This document shows, piece after piece, positions 1 through 9,283 of a stretch of 61,246 bases of DNA. This DNA is from Eubacteriales bacterium (GTDB lineage Bacteria > Bacillota > Clostridia > Oscillospirales > CAG-272). The translations under genes were made by a program, and so were the position numbers. The stretch covers positions 1-61,246 of the forward strand of contig JAZSOQ010000065.1 in the NCBI GenBank assembly GCA_045537015.1, written 5' to 3'. Position 1 is the stretch's first letter. Every line of letters begins with the position of its first letter. The notes under the pieces were generated by a model. It was not told the DNA's origin and searched no databases. It worked only from the letters and a program-made list of their open reading frames with translations.

Positions 1-449
1 TCTACGTTGAACGCGGCGCGGCGGACATCGGCGTTGCGGGAAAGGATATTCTTCTTGAATATTCTCCCGACGTTTACGAGCTTTTTGATCTTGAACTCGG
101 CAAATGCAGAATGGCTGTGGCGGCAAAATCGGATTTCATCGATGACAGATCGAAGACCCTTCGCGTGGCAACCAAATTTACGAACATTGCGGGGCAGTAT
201 TATGCATCGCTCGGCAGAAGAATAGACATCATCAAGCTCAACGGTTCGATCGAGCTTGCACCGCTTCTCGGACTTTCCGACGTTATCGTTGACATAGTCG
301 AAACGGGAAGCACCCTCAAGGCTAACGGCCTTGTAGAATACAACAAAATTTGCGACATCAGCGCACGGCTTATCGCCAACAAGGCGAGCATGAAATTCAA
401 GGGCGAGCAGATAATGCGCGTTTGCCGTGCATTTGAAAATAAGGAATAA
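1..449 (+). CDS. hisG: ATP phosphoribosyltransferase, short-form HisG (5' end outside window)
   Basis: The frame is open from nt 3 (YVERGAADIGVAGKDILLEY...DIVETGSTLKANGL...) to TAA 447-449. The protein ends about 25 aa after the catalytic core, so it has no regulatory domain. It is the first visible gene of the his operon. Confidence 0.85.
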   Translation, partial: YVERGAADIGVAGKDILLEYSPDVYELFDLELGKCRMAVAAKSDFIDDRSKTLRVATKFTNIAGQYYASLGRRIDIIKLNGSIELAPLLGLSDVIVDIVETGSTLKANGLVEYNKICDISARLIANKASMKFKGEQIMRVCRAFENKE

Positions 450-452
450 AAA

Positions 453-1733
453 ATGATCAGAACAGTATACAGAAAAGATATCAGCGACAGCGAGATATTT
501 GACAGAATAGGCGGTGCTCCCGACGTTTCCGCCACCGTCAGCGAGATCATCGCAGACGTCAAGGCGCGCGGCGACGTTGCGCTCCGTGAATATGCACTCA
601 AGTTTGACAGAGCTGAGCTCGATTCGCTTGAGGTGTCAAAAGAAGAAATAGATGCGGCGTGTGCCGAGATCGGTGAGGATTACATCGGTATGCTCGAGCG
701 CGCAGCGGCGAATATACGCGATTTTCACAGCCGTCAGGTGCGCCAGGGCTTCGTTTGCAACAGCCGAGCGGGCGTCTTTGCGGGTCAGAAGGTCATTCCG
801 CTTGAAAGAGTCGGGCTTTACGTTCCCGGCGGCACGGCGGCGTATCCTTCGTCCGTGCTTATGAACTGTATTCCCGCAAAGCTTGCGGGAGTTGACGAGA
901 TCATTATGGTTACTCCTCCGAGCGGAGGAAGCATTCCCGCGCAGATACTTGCCGCGGCTCGCGTTGCGGGCGTCGGTCGAATTTTCAAGTGCGGAGGTGC
1001 ACAGGCTGTTGCCGCGCTGACATACGGAACCGAAAGCATTCCCGCGGTTGACAAGATCGTCGGACCCGGTAATGCATACGTTGCCGAGGCGAAGCGACAG
1101 GTCAGCGGAAAAGTAGGTGTTGATATGATCGCGGGTCCGAGCGAGATCCTTGTTATCGCGGACGGAAATTCGAATCCCGTCTGGGTCGCCGCAGACCTGC
1201 TTTCTCAGGCAGAGCACGACAAGCGCGCTTCTGCGGTGCTCGTGACCGACAGCGCAGAACTTGCCGAAAAGGTAACGATTGAGATCGAAAAACAGCTTTT
1301 GAGCCTGCCAAGGCAGGAGATCGCGCGCGCTTCGGTCGAGGATCACGGGTTGATCATAATTGTTGACAGTATTGCGGAAGCAGTCGCAATGTCGAATCGC
1401 ATAGCTCCCGAACACCTCGAGCTTTGCGTTGACGATCCCTTCGGACTTCTTGACAAGGTCAGAAACGCCGGATCGGTGTTCCTTGGCAGAAACTGCCCTG
1501 AGGCGGTCGGCGACTATATGGCGGGTCCGAACCACACGCTTCCCACATCGGGAACCGCGCGTTTTTACAGCCCGCTTTCGGTCGATGATTTTGTTAAAAA
1601 GATGCAATTCACTTATTTCTCCGCCGAGGCGCTTGCAGATATAGCGGAGGACGTTGACAAATTTGCCCGCAGCGAGGGTTTTGACGCGCACGCAAGAAGC
1701 GTAATGCGCCGTATGGGGAGAGAATACGAATGA
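453..1733 (+). CDS. hisD: histidinol dehydrogenase
   Basis: 426 aa with HisD hallmarks (GPGNAYVAEAKR, QAEHD, APEHLEL, GDYxAGPNHTLPT). It follows hisG. Confidence 0.95.
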   Translation: MIRTVYRKDISDSEIFDRIGGAPDVSATVSEIIADVKARGDVALREYALKFDRAELDSLEVSKEEIDAACAEIGEDYIGMLERAAANIRDFHSRQVRQGFVCNSRAGVFAGQKVIPLERVGLYVPGGTAAYPSSVLMNCIPAKLAGVDEIIMVTPPSGGSIPAQILAAARVAGVGRIFKCGGAQAVAALTYGTESIPAVDKIVGPGNAYVAEAKRQVSGKVGVDMIAGPSEILVIADGNSNPVWVAADLLSQAEHDKRASAVLVTDSAELAEKVTIEIEKQLLSLPRQEIARASVEDHGLIIIVDSIAEAVAMSNRIAPEHLELCVDDPFGLLDKVRNAGSVFLGRNCPEAVGDYMAGPNHTLPTSGTARFYSPLSVDDFVKKMQFTYFSAEALADIAEDVDKFARSEGFDAHARSVMRRMGREYE

Positions 1734-2791
1734 GCCGTTTCCTTGCAAAAAAATACAGAACTCTTGATGCTTACGTCCCCGGCGAGCAGCCGAGGGATAA
1801 GAGGTATATCAAGCTCAATACCAATGAATTCCCTTATCCGCCCTCGCCCGATGTCATAGCGGCGGTTGACGCAAATGTTGTTTCCGATCTTCGCCTTTAT
1901 TCCGATCCGACGGCGAAGGTTCTTAAAGGATCGCTTGCTAAATACTACGGTGTAGATGCTGAAAACGTATTTGTTTCGAACGGCTCGGATGAGTCGCTGA
2001 ATTTTGCTTTTGCTTGCTTTTTTGAGGATGGCGTGGCTTTTGCCGATCTGACATACGGCTTTTATTCGGTATTTGCCGATCTTTACGGCATCGATGCGAA
2101 AATTATTCCGCTTGACTCGGATTTCTCGATAGTCCCCGAGGATTATATGGGACTTGACAGGGGTGCGGTCATTGCAAATCCCAACGCTCCCACGGGCAAG
2201 GCTCTTCCGCTTGCGGATATCGAGCGCATCGTCGCCTCGAATCCCGACCGCGTGATCGTTGTTGACGAGGCTTACGTTGATTTCGGCGGCGAGAGCGCAA
2301 TTCCGCTTACGAAGAAATTCGACAATCTGCTCGTGTGTATGACGTATTCCAAATCTCGCGGTATGGCAGGCGCAAGACTCGGATTTGCTATCGGAAACGC
2401 TGAGTTGATTTCCGATCTTGAGCTGATGAAGTATTCGACCAATCCCTACAACCTCGATTCGCTCGCCCTGCGTATGGGAGCGGCGGCGCTTACCGATTCC
2501 TCGAAGGCGTATTACGAGGAAAAGGTGGGCGAGGTCATCAAGGTGAGAGAAGATACTGCAGAGAAACTCAGATCGCTCGGAGCGGAAGTCCTTCCGAGCA
2601 AGGCGAATTTCCTTTTCGCAAAACTTCCGAATATTTCGGGTGGTGAGGCATACGGCAAGCTTCGCGAGCGCGGAATTCTCGTCCGCCATTTCTCAAAGGC
2701 GAGAATAAGCGATTATCTGCGAATCAGCATCGGCACCTCCGAGGATATGGCGGCGCTTGTCAATGCCGTAGCGGAGATTATTAAGGAGTAA
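1730..2791 (+). CDS. hisC: histidinol-phosphate aminotransferase
   Basis: 353 aa class-II aminotransferase (IKLNTNEFPYPPSP, YSKSRGMAGARLG with the PLP lysine). ATGA overlap with the hisD stop. Confidence 0.93.
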   Translation: MSRFLAKKYRTLDAYVPGEQPRDKRYIKLNTNEFPYPPSPDVIAAVDANVVSDLRLYSDPTAKVLKGSLAKYYGVDAENVFVSNGSDESLNFAFACFFEDGVAFADLTYGFYSVFADLYGIDAKIIPLDSDFSIVPEDYMGLDRGAVIANPNAPTGKALPLADIERIVASNPDRVIVVDEAYVDFGGESAIPLTKKFDNLLVCMTYSKSRGMAGARLGFAIGNAELISDLELMKYSTNPYNLDSLALRMGAAALTDSSKAYYEEKVGEVIKVREDTAEKLRSLGAEVLPSKANFLFAKLPNISGGEAYGKLRERGILVRHFSKARISDYLRISIGTSEDMAALVNAVAEIIKE

Positions 2792-2794
2792 AAT

Positions 2795-3382
2795 ATGAGA
2801 ACTTCAACAATAGAAAGAAATACTGCGGAAACCAAGATCAAGTTGACTCTTAATATAGATGGAAGCGGAAAAAGCAATATAAATACGGGCGTCGGCTTCT
2901 TTGACCACATGCTAACCCTCTTTGCACGCCACGGCGGATTTGACCTTGACGTGGTTTGCGACGGTGATATTGAGGTCGATGCGCACCACACGGTTGAGGA
3001 CGTCGGAATCTGTCTTGGCAAGGCTTTTGCCGAGGCTCTCGGCGACCGTCGAGGAATCTGCCGCTACGGCGACATCATTCTTCCGATGGACGAGGCGCTG
3101 ATGCTTTGCGCCGTTGATCTTTCGGGCAGAGCGTTCCTTGATTACCGCGTGCCAATAAAGCGCCCGCGAGTCGGTAATTTTGATACGGAGCTCGGCGAGG
3201 AATTTTTCGTGGCATTCGTCCGTGAATCGAATATCTGCCTGCACCTGCGTAAGCTTGCGGGCAAGAATGCGCACCACATCCTCGAAGCCGCTTTCAAGGC
3301 GAGTGCGAGAGCCATGCGTGCGGCTGCGGCAAAGGACAGCCGTTTCCCCGATGAGATACCCTCGAGCAAAGGAGTACTCTGA
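2795..3382 (+). CDS. hisB: imidazoleglycerol-phosphate dehydratase
   Basis: 195 aa with RNTAETKI, GFFDHML, DAHHTVEDVGI and HHILEAAFKA motifs. Confidence 0.95.
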   Translation: MRTSTIERNTAETKIKLTLNIDGSGKSNINTGVGFFDHMLTLFARHGGFDLDVVCDGDIEVDAHHTVEDVGICLGKAFAEALGDRRGICRYGDIILPMDEALMLCAVDLSGRAFLDYRVPIKRPRVGNFDTELGEEFFVAFVRESNICLHLRKLAGKNAHHILEAAFKASARAMRAAAAKDSRFPDEIPSSKGVL

Positions 3383-4023
3383 TGCTGTGCGTTGTTGATT
3401 ACGGAGTAGGAAATCTCTACTCGCTTTGCTCTTCGCTTAAAGCTGTCGGCGCGGAAGCAGTTGTCAGCGGCGATCCGAAAGTGATCGCAAATGCAGATAA
3501 AATCATTCTCCCCGGTGTCGGAGCATTCGGCGATGCAGCGGCAAAGCTGCGTGAAAACGGACTTGACAAGCTTATTATCGAGCGCGCGAATGCGGGCGTA
3601 CCGCTGATGGGAATCTGCCTCGGTATGCAGATGCTTTTTGACGAAAGCCACGAATTTGGGTGCCACAAAGGCCTCGGGCTCATCCCCGGTAAGGTCATTT
3701 CGATGGAAGGTGTTATCGCACCCGAGCTGAAAATTCCACAGATGGGATGGAATGCGCTTCATTTCCCGAACGCAGAGCTGAAAGCGTCGTCACCCGTATT
3801 CTGCGATATTCCCGAGGGCGAATTCGTTTATTTCGTTCATTCCTATTATGCTTCCGAGTGCGATGCCGACGTGGTCGCAGTCTGCGATTGCGGTGTGCCG
3901 ATAACGGCGGCGGTCGTTCGCGGCAACGTGATGGGATGTCAGTTCCACCCCGAGAAGAGCTCGAGTGCGGGACTGCAGATACTGAAAAACTTCTGTGAAG
4001 GCGATTTCGGAGGTGCGAGATGA
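3382..4023 (+). CDS. hisH: imidazole glycerol phosphate synthase, glutaminase subunit
   Basis: 213 aa class-I amidotransferase (DYGVGNL, GICLGMQ, QFHPEKS). TGATG overlap with hisB. Confidence 0.93.
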   Translation: MLCVVDYGVGNLYSLCSSLKAVGAEAVVSGDPKVIANADKIILPGVGAFGDAAAKLRENGLDKLIIERANAGVPLMGICLGMQMLFDESHEFGCHKGLGLIPGKVISMEGVIAPELKIPQMGWNALHFPNAELKASSPVFCDIPEGEFVYFVHSYYASECDADVVAVCDCGVPITAAVVRGNVMGCQFHPEKSSSAGLQILKNFCEGDFGGAR

Positions 4024-4748
4024 GAATAGTACCTGCAATAGATCTGATCGGCGGAAAGGCGGTCAGGCTTCTTCACGGCGATTATAACAAACTTACGGTC
4101 TATGATAACGACCCGCTCGCGGTAGCAAAGCGTTTTAAGACGGCGGGAGCGGAATGGCTCCACGCAGTTGACCTTGAAGGTGCGCGCGACGGAAATACGC
4201 CGAATATCGAAACTGTTTCCGCACTTGCGAAACAGAGCGGGCTCAAGGTCGAGATCGGCGGCGGAATCCGTTCGGTTGAAACTGCAAAGAAATATCTCGA
4301 CGCAGGAGTCGAGCGTGTAATCCTCGGCACGGCGGCTGTGACAGATCCCGAAATGCTCGAAGACTGCTTGCGCGAGTGCGAGGGCAGAGTGGTGGTCGGA
4401 GTCGATCTTCGCGGCGAGGCGGTCGCGATCAAGGGCTGGCTCGAGGAAGCCCCTATGAAGCGCGACGATTTCTTCAAATCAATGATAGAAAAGGGCGTGC
4501 GTGACTTCATCGTCACCGATATTTCGCGCGACGGCGCAATGAAGGGCACCAACGTGGCTCTCTACGAATACCTTTGCAAGACTTATGCGGGATGTAATAT
4601 CGTCGCATCGGGCGGTGTGTCCTCATACGCCGATATAGAGGCGCTTTCAAAGATCAATGGGCTTTGGGGCGCGATAGTCGGAAAAGCTTGCTACACGGGC
4701 GATATTGACGTCAAAAAGGCGATCGAAATGGCGGAGGCGGCAAAATGA
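4020..4748 (+). CDS. hisA: ProFAR isomerase
   Basis: 242 aa (IVPAIDLIGGKAVRL, VDLEGA, GGGIRS, TDISRDG). ATGA overlap with hisH. Confidence 0.93.
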   Translation: MRIVPAIDLIGGKAVRLLHGDYNKLTVYDNDPLAVAKRFKTAGAEWLHAVDLEGARDGNTPNIETVSALAKQSGLKVEIGGGIRSVETAKKYLDAGVERVILGTAAVTDPEMLEDCLRECEGRVVVGVDLRGEAVAIKGWLEEAPMKRDDFFKSMIEKGVRDFIVTDISRDGAMKGTNVALYEYLCKTYAGCNIVASGGVSSYADIEALSKINGLWGAIVGKACYTGDIDVKKAIEMAEAAK

Positions 4749-5512
4749 TTACAAAAAGAATAATCCCCTGCCTTGATGTGCGCGACGGGCGTGTTGTCAA
4801 GGGTGTGAACTTTGCCGACCTGCGCGACGTTTCCTCGCCCGAGGTGCTTGCCGAGTTTTACAGCGATTGCGGCGCCGACGAGCTTGTTTTTTATGATATT
4901 ACCGCATCTTCGGACGGACGGCAGCTCTTTACCGATGCCCTTCGCCGGGTGGCTTCAAAGGTCTTTATCCCGCTGACTGTCGGCGGTGGAATCCGCACAC
5001 TCGACGATTTCGACCGCGTTCTCAAATGCGGTGCGGATAAGGTCAGCGTCAATTCGGGCGCGATCAGCGATCCCGATCTCATTCCCCGCGCGGCTGAACG
5101 TTACGGAAGCCAATGTGTCGTTCTCAGTGCGGACATCAAGCGTGTGGACGGCAGATTTACACTTTTCAAGAACGGCGGACGCGTTGATACGGGTATTGAC
5201 GCTATCGAATGGATCGAGCGCGGTGTGCGTAACGGCGCGGGTGAGATCGTTGTCAATTCGATAGATACCGACGGCGTCGGCGGCGGATTCGATATTGAAA
5301 TGCTCCGTGCGGTCAGCGAGGTCGCGGACGTGCCGATCGTTGCTTCGGGCGGCGCGGGATGCATTGATGATTTTATAACTCTCTTTAACACGCTCCCCGG
5401 TGTAGATGCCGGACTTGCCGCGACAATTTTTCATTTCGGTAAGATAAAAATCCCCGATCTCAAGGCAAAGCTCTGCGAGGAGGGAATCTCTGTGAGGTAC
5501 ACAAATGTTTGA
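4745..5512 (+). CDS. hisF: imidazole glycerol phosphate synthase, cyclase subunit
   Basis: 255 aa ([34 protein letters not shown]). ATGA overlap with hisA. Confidence 0.95.
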   Translation: MITKRIIPCLDVRDGRVVKGVNFADLRDVSSPEVLAEFYSDCGADELVFYDITASSDGRQLFTDALRRVASKVFIPLTVGGGIRTLDDFDRVLKCGADKVSVNSGAISDPDLIPRAAERYGSQCVVLSADIKRVDGRFTLFKNGGRVDTGIDAIEWIERGVRNGAGEIVVNSIDTDGVGGGFDIEMLRAVSEVADVPIVASGGAGCIDDFITLFNTLPGVDAGLAATIFHFGKIKIPDLKAKLCEEGISVRYTNV

Positions 5513-6155
5513 TATTAAGAATCTGAAATACAATTCCGACGGGCTCATCCCCGCGATAATCACCGACGTGGCAGACGGCGCGGTGCTGATGCTCGGCTAT
5601 ATGAACGCCGAAAGTCTCGGGATCACTCTCGAGCAGAAGAAGGTCTGCTTTTTCAGCCGTTCAAGACAGAAGCTCTGGCTGAAGGGCGAAACATCGGGAA
5701 ATTTCCTGGGCGTTGTTTCGATCAAGACCGATTGTGATGCGGATACTCTCTTGATCTCTGCAAAACCTGAGGGCCCCACCTGCCACACGGGCGCGCGCTC
5801 CTGCTTTTTTGAGGACATTTACGAGGACGAAAATGCAGAGCAGGCATTCTGTCTTGACGATCTGATGAAGCTCATCGAGGGCAGAAAGACGAACCCGAAG
5901 GAGGGCTCTTACACCACCTATCTCTTTGAAAAGGGAATTGACAAGATACTCAAAAAGGTCGGCGAGGAATGCACTGAGGTCATCATCGCGGGCAAGGGCG
6001 GCGACAGAGCGGAAGCTATCTTTGAGATTGCCGATTTGACCTATCACGTTATGGTTATGATGACCGAAATGGGTATCTCTATCGACGAGGTCCGCGCCGA
6101 GCTTGCGAGCCGCCACGTGGTCGATAAGAAGATCAAGCAGGAGAAGATGAAGTAA
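5505..6155 (+). CDS. hisI: bifunctional phosphoribosyl-AMP cyclohydrolase / phosphoribosyl-ATP pyrophosphatase
   Basis: 216 aa. The N-terminal HisI part has [15 protein letters not shown] and CHTG; the C-terminal HisE part has YTTYLFEKG and EEC-E. 8-nt overlap with hisF. Confidence 0.93.
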   Translation: MFDIKNLKYNSDGLIPAIITDVADGAVLMLGYMNAESLGITLEQKKVCFFSRSRQKLWLKGETSGNFLGVVSIKTDCDADTLLISAKPEGPTCHTGARSCFFEDIYEDENAEQAFCLDDLMKLIEGRKTNPKEGSYTTYLFEKGIDKILKKVGEECTEVIIAGKGGDRAEAIFEIADLTYHVMVMMTEMGISIDEVRAELASRHVVDKKIKQEKMK

Positions 6156-6943
6156 TGGGGTATTTCAATTACCATACGCATACAACCTTCTGTGATGGTA
6201 AAAACACGCCCGAGGAGATCGTGCAGAAGGCGATCGAGCTTGGAATCGATACGCTTGGCTTTTCGGGTCACTCTCCTGCGGGCGGATGCGATCACTATGC
6301 ACTCAAAGACGTCGATGCGTATTACGATTGCGTCAGCCGACTGAAAGATAAATACTCCGACAAGATCAAGATCCTGCTTGGTATCGAGAGGGATATTTAT
6401 GCTTACGATGATGATCACGACTACGATTTCGTTATAGGCGCTTTCCACAATCTTCTCATAGACGGAAAATTTTTTCACACCGACCGCTCACCCGAGGTGC
6501 TGAAAGAGGGCATAGACGAGCTTTGCGGCGGCGACGGAGAGGCTTTTGCTATCCGCTATTATGATTTTGTCAAGGACGTTGCGCGAATTACGGGATGTGA
6601 CATTGTCGCCCATATCGATCTTGTCACAAAGTTCAACGGTGACTTCGAAAACAAATTTTTTGACGTGCATTCCGAGGCGTACCTTGCCGCGGCAAGAGAG
6701 GCAATCGAGGAAAATATGAAGTATTGTGATCTCTTTGAAATCAATTCCGGCGCGATCAGCCGCGGATGGAGAAAGACTCCGTATCCCGATTCCGCAATTC
6801 TCGATATTATCCACGATGCGGGCGGAAAGGTGACGTTTGGCGCGGATTCGCACGCTGCGGAAACCCTCCTTCTCGGATTCGATCAGGCAGAAGAACTTGC
6901 GAAGAAGCATGGCTTTGGAACTCTTACAAGACTGAAAATTTAA
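6155..6943 (+). CDS. hisJ: histidinol-phosphatase, PHP (HisJ/HisK) family
   Basis: 262 aa PHP fold (YHTHTTFCDG, GFSGHSP, AHIDL, GADSH). TAATG overlap with hisIE. It is the last gene of the his operon. Confidence 0.75.
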   Translation: MGYFNYHTHTTFCDGKNTPEEIVQKAIELGIDTLGFSGHSPAGGCDHYALKDVDAYYDCVSRLKDKYSDKIKILLGIERDIYAYDDDHDYDFVIGAFHNLLIDGKFFHTDRSPEVLKEGIDELCGGDGEAFAIRYYDFVKDVARITGCDIVAHIDLVTKFNGDFENKFFDVHSEAYLAAAREAIEENMKYCDLFEINSGAISRGWRKTPYPDSAILDIIHDAGGKVTFGADSHAAETLLLGFDQAEELAKKHGFGTLTRLKI

Positions 6944-6948
6944 TTACG

Positions 6949-6982
6949 AAAAGCCGAGGATGAAAAATTCTCGGCTTTTTTG
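6949..6982 (+). terminator. rho-independent terminator after the his operon
   Basis: AAGCCGAG (6951-6958) pairs with CTCGGCTT (6970-6977), followed by a T-run. Confidence 0.7.
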
Positions 6983-7043
6983 CGAAAACGCGGAACTTTT
7001 TGGAATTTCTACCGTCTATATAAGTGAAGAACCCGAAAGGAGA

Positions 7044-7496
7044 ATGAAAATGAAGAAAATATCTTTGATAATTGTGTTGGTTCTGTGCTTCTTTATGATT
7101 TCGTGCCAAGAAGAACCTCAGTGCGGCGGGACTCCGCCCGAGATCACTGTATCGGAAAGCGAAGAAACAACGGAAGCAGCGGAAACAACCGAGATAATGA
7201 CGAGCATCCTTGTCGATTGGATGGATTTTATCCGCGTGAACGGTGTTGTTTACGACGGAGGATGGGAGAACCGCGAAGTCGAAGAGTCCCGCATTGGAGA
7301 AAAGCTCGGCGAGATTCTTTATACCGTCAAGTCTTATTATGAAAGTGAGGAAGAGATGCTTCAAGCCGATAAACGAGATTTTACTGCTGCTTTCAGACCT
7401 ATAGGTTGCGAGATATTCGCGGTTAAGGACGATGAGAATTCGATTGCGGTTCTTGACGGAGAAAAATACTATCTTTACACTGTAAACGGCGATTAA
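7044..7496 (+). CDS. small acidic lipoprotein, unknown function
   Basis: AGGAG RBS before ATG 7044. The signal peptide plus lipobox reads MKMKKISLIIVLVLCFFMISC and is followed by an acidic S/E/T-rich linker. ORF-track start 6960 lies inside the terminator, so it is rejected. Confidence 0.7.
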   Translation: MKMKKISLIIVLVLCFFMISCQEEPQCGGTPPEITVSESEETTEAAETTEIMTSILVDWMDFIRVNGVVYDGGWENREVEESRIGEKLGEILYTVKSYYESEEEMLQADKRDFTAAFRPIGCEIFAVKDDENSIAVLDGEKYYLYTVNGD

Positions 7497-7552
7497 ATAT
7501 TCAATAAAATGTAAATTTGTATCAATTTGATGCGAAAATTATTAGATTTTTC

Positions 7553-7581
7553 TTGACTTTTGGACAATATAGAGGTATAAT
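7553..7581 (+). promoter_or_regulatory. sigma-A type promoter
   Basis: TTGACT (7553-7558), a 17-bp spacer, then TATAAT (7576-7581), about 70 nt upstream of ATG 7649. Confidence 0.6.
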
Positions 7582-7648
7582 ATATTGTAAGTTTCCTTTT
7601 GGGATTTACATCAAATTTGTATTCTACACCCAAGGAAGGTGATTTTTT

Positions 7649-8839
7649 ATGGAAAGACTTATCGGAACAGTTTCAAGAGGCGTTCGCGCACCCATTATCA
7701 AGGCAGGCGATGATATCGCTGCTATCGTTGCGGACAGCGTGCTTGCAGCCGCAAAGTCAGAAAATCTTGAGATTCGCGACCGCGACGTTATCGCGATGAC
7801 CGAATCAGTTGTTGCACGTGCACAGGGTAACCTCGCGCACATTGATCAGATCGCGGCGGATGTCCGCGCAAAGTTCCCCGGAGGAGAGGCAGCTATCGTT
7901 TTTCCGATCCTTTCGAGAAACCGTTTCTCTATCTGCCTTAAGGGCATTGCAAAGGGACTTAAGTCCATCATCCTTATGCTTTCTTACCCCGCAGACGAGG
8001 TCGGAAACCATCTCATCGACATTGATGTTTTTGATCAGTCCGGCGTTAATCCCGTGACCGATGTTCTCACGGAAGAGAAGTACCGTGAGCTTTTCGGCTA
8101 CCACAAGCATACCTTCACGGGTGTTGACTATATCGAATACTACCGCGAGCTCATCGAGTCCTGCGGATGCAAGTGCACCGTTATTCTCGCTAACGACGTA
8201 AGAACTATTCTTAACTATACAAAGCACGTTCTTTGCTGTGACATTCATACCCGTTTCCGTAACAAGAGACTTCTCAAGGCTGCGGGCGCAGAGACTGTTT
8301 ACGGCATGGACGATATTCTTTCCGCACCCGTTGACGGCAGCGGTTACAATGAAAACTACGGACTTCTCGGCTCCAATAAGTCCACGGAGGAAGTGGTCAA
8401 GCTCTTCCCCAGAGATTGCCAGCCCGTTGTTGACGCTGTCAGAGACAAGATCCTTGCAGCTACCGGCAAGTGCGTTGAAGTTATGGTTTACGGCGACGGC
8501 GCGTTCAAGGACCCCGTAGGAAAGATCTGGGAGCTTGCAGACCCCTGCGTATCTCCCGCATATACCGCAGGCCTCGAGGGTACTCCCAACGAGATCAAAC
8601 TCAAGTATCTTGCAGATAACGAATATGCAAACCTTTCGGGCGAGGAGCTCAAGGCTGCTATTTCGGAGAGAATCAAGGCGAAGGGCTCGAACCTTTACGG
8701 TCAGATGGAGTCCCAGGGAACCACTCCCAGAAGACTCACCGACCTTATCGGTACTCTCTGCGATCTCACCTCAGGCTCCGGCGATAAGGGTACTCCCATC
8801 GTTTGGATCCAGGGTTACTTCGATAACTATACCAACTAA
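7649..8839 (+). CDS. CofE-like (F420-0:gamma-glutamyl ligase family) protein
   Basis: 396 aa. The N-terminus (GVRAPIIKAGDDIAAIV...VIAMTESVVARAQGN) and the later GYNENYGLLGSN resemble the F420_ligase fold, but the protein is longer than canonical CofE (about 250 aa). Confidence 0.55.
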   Translation: MERLIGTVSRGVRAPIIKAGDDIAAIVADSVLAAAKSENLEIRDRDVIAMTESVVARAQGNLAHIDQIAADVRAKFPGGEAAIVFPILSRNRFSICLKGIAKGLKSIILMLSYPADEVGNHLIDIDVFDQSGVNPVTDVLTEEKYRELFGYHKHTFTGVDYIEYYRELIESCGCKCTVILANDVRTILNYTKHVLCCDIHTRFRNKRLLKAAGAETVYGMDDILSAPVDGSGYNENYGLLGSNKSTEEVVKLFPRDCQPVVDAVRDKILAATGKCVEVMVYGDGAFKDPVGKIWELADPCVSPAYTAGLEGTPNEIKLKYLADNEYANLSGEELKAAISERIKAKGSNLYGQMESQGTTPRRLTDLIGTLCDLTSGSGDKGTPIVWIQGYFDNYTN

Positions 8840-8854
8840 TTGAATATCAATTAA

Positions 8855-8893
8855 AACCTCGGGAAACGCCACGGCACTTCCCGAGGTTTTTTG
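8855..8893 (+). terminator. rho-independent terminator
   Basis: AACCTCGGGAA (8855-8865) pairs with TTCCCGAGGTT (8878-8888), followed by TTTTT. Confidence 0.75.
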
Positions 8894-9090
8894 TGCTTAT
8901 TTCACCCTCGGTGTCCGATGTTTTTTGGCTGCCGAGGGCTTCTTTATATCGTAAAATGTAAATAAATAACAATTATGATAATAAAAAGGAATAGTAACAC
9001 AAAATAGCAAATATTGTAGGGTCAAATAGCCTCTCGCGTAGCTTTTTGCGATAAAATTTTTGTGAATATTAAGAAATTTTCATAAAAGAC

Positions 9091-9119
9091 TTGATTTGAA
9101 TGCTTAAATGTTATATAAT
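9091..9119 (+). promoter_or_regulatory. dcw/mraZ promoter
   Basis: TTGATT (9091-9096), a 17-bp spacer, then TATAAT (9114-9119), in an AT-rich 440-bp intergenic region. Confidence 0.55.
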
Positions 9120-9283
9120 AATGGCACCTAAAAGTGGTTAACAATGGCTACAAATACCGAAAAATGTTTGGGAATCCCATTGTATTTCCCACACTTTTGG
9201 TCGGTGAAGAGACCGACGGACGCAAAAAAGGCTTCGGTGGAGCATAAAAACACCGCGGCGGCGCAAAATTTACGAGAGGAGAG

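Noticed and set aside
636-2689. 370-aa and 358-aa ORFs antisense to hisD and hisC
   Set aside because: They are antisense to strongly conserved his genes and show no motifs.
6960-7043. Upstream extension of the lipoprotein ORF (ORF-track start 6960)
   Set aside because: This start lies inside the his-operon terminator hairpin and has no RBS. The internal ATG 7044 has an AGGAG RBS and begins a canonical lipoprotein signal.
8905-8938. Second inverted repeat (CCCTCGG...CCGAGGG) after the CofE-like gene terminator
   Set aside because: The 20-nt loop and lack of a clean trailing U-run make it a weak terminator. It could be chance or a backup hairpin, so it is not annotated.
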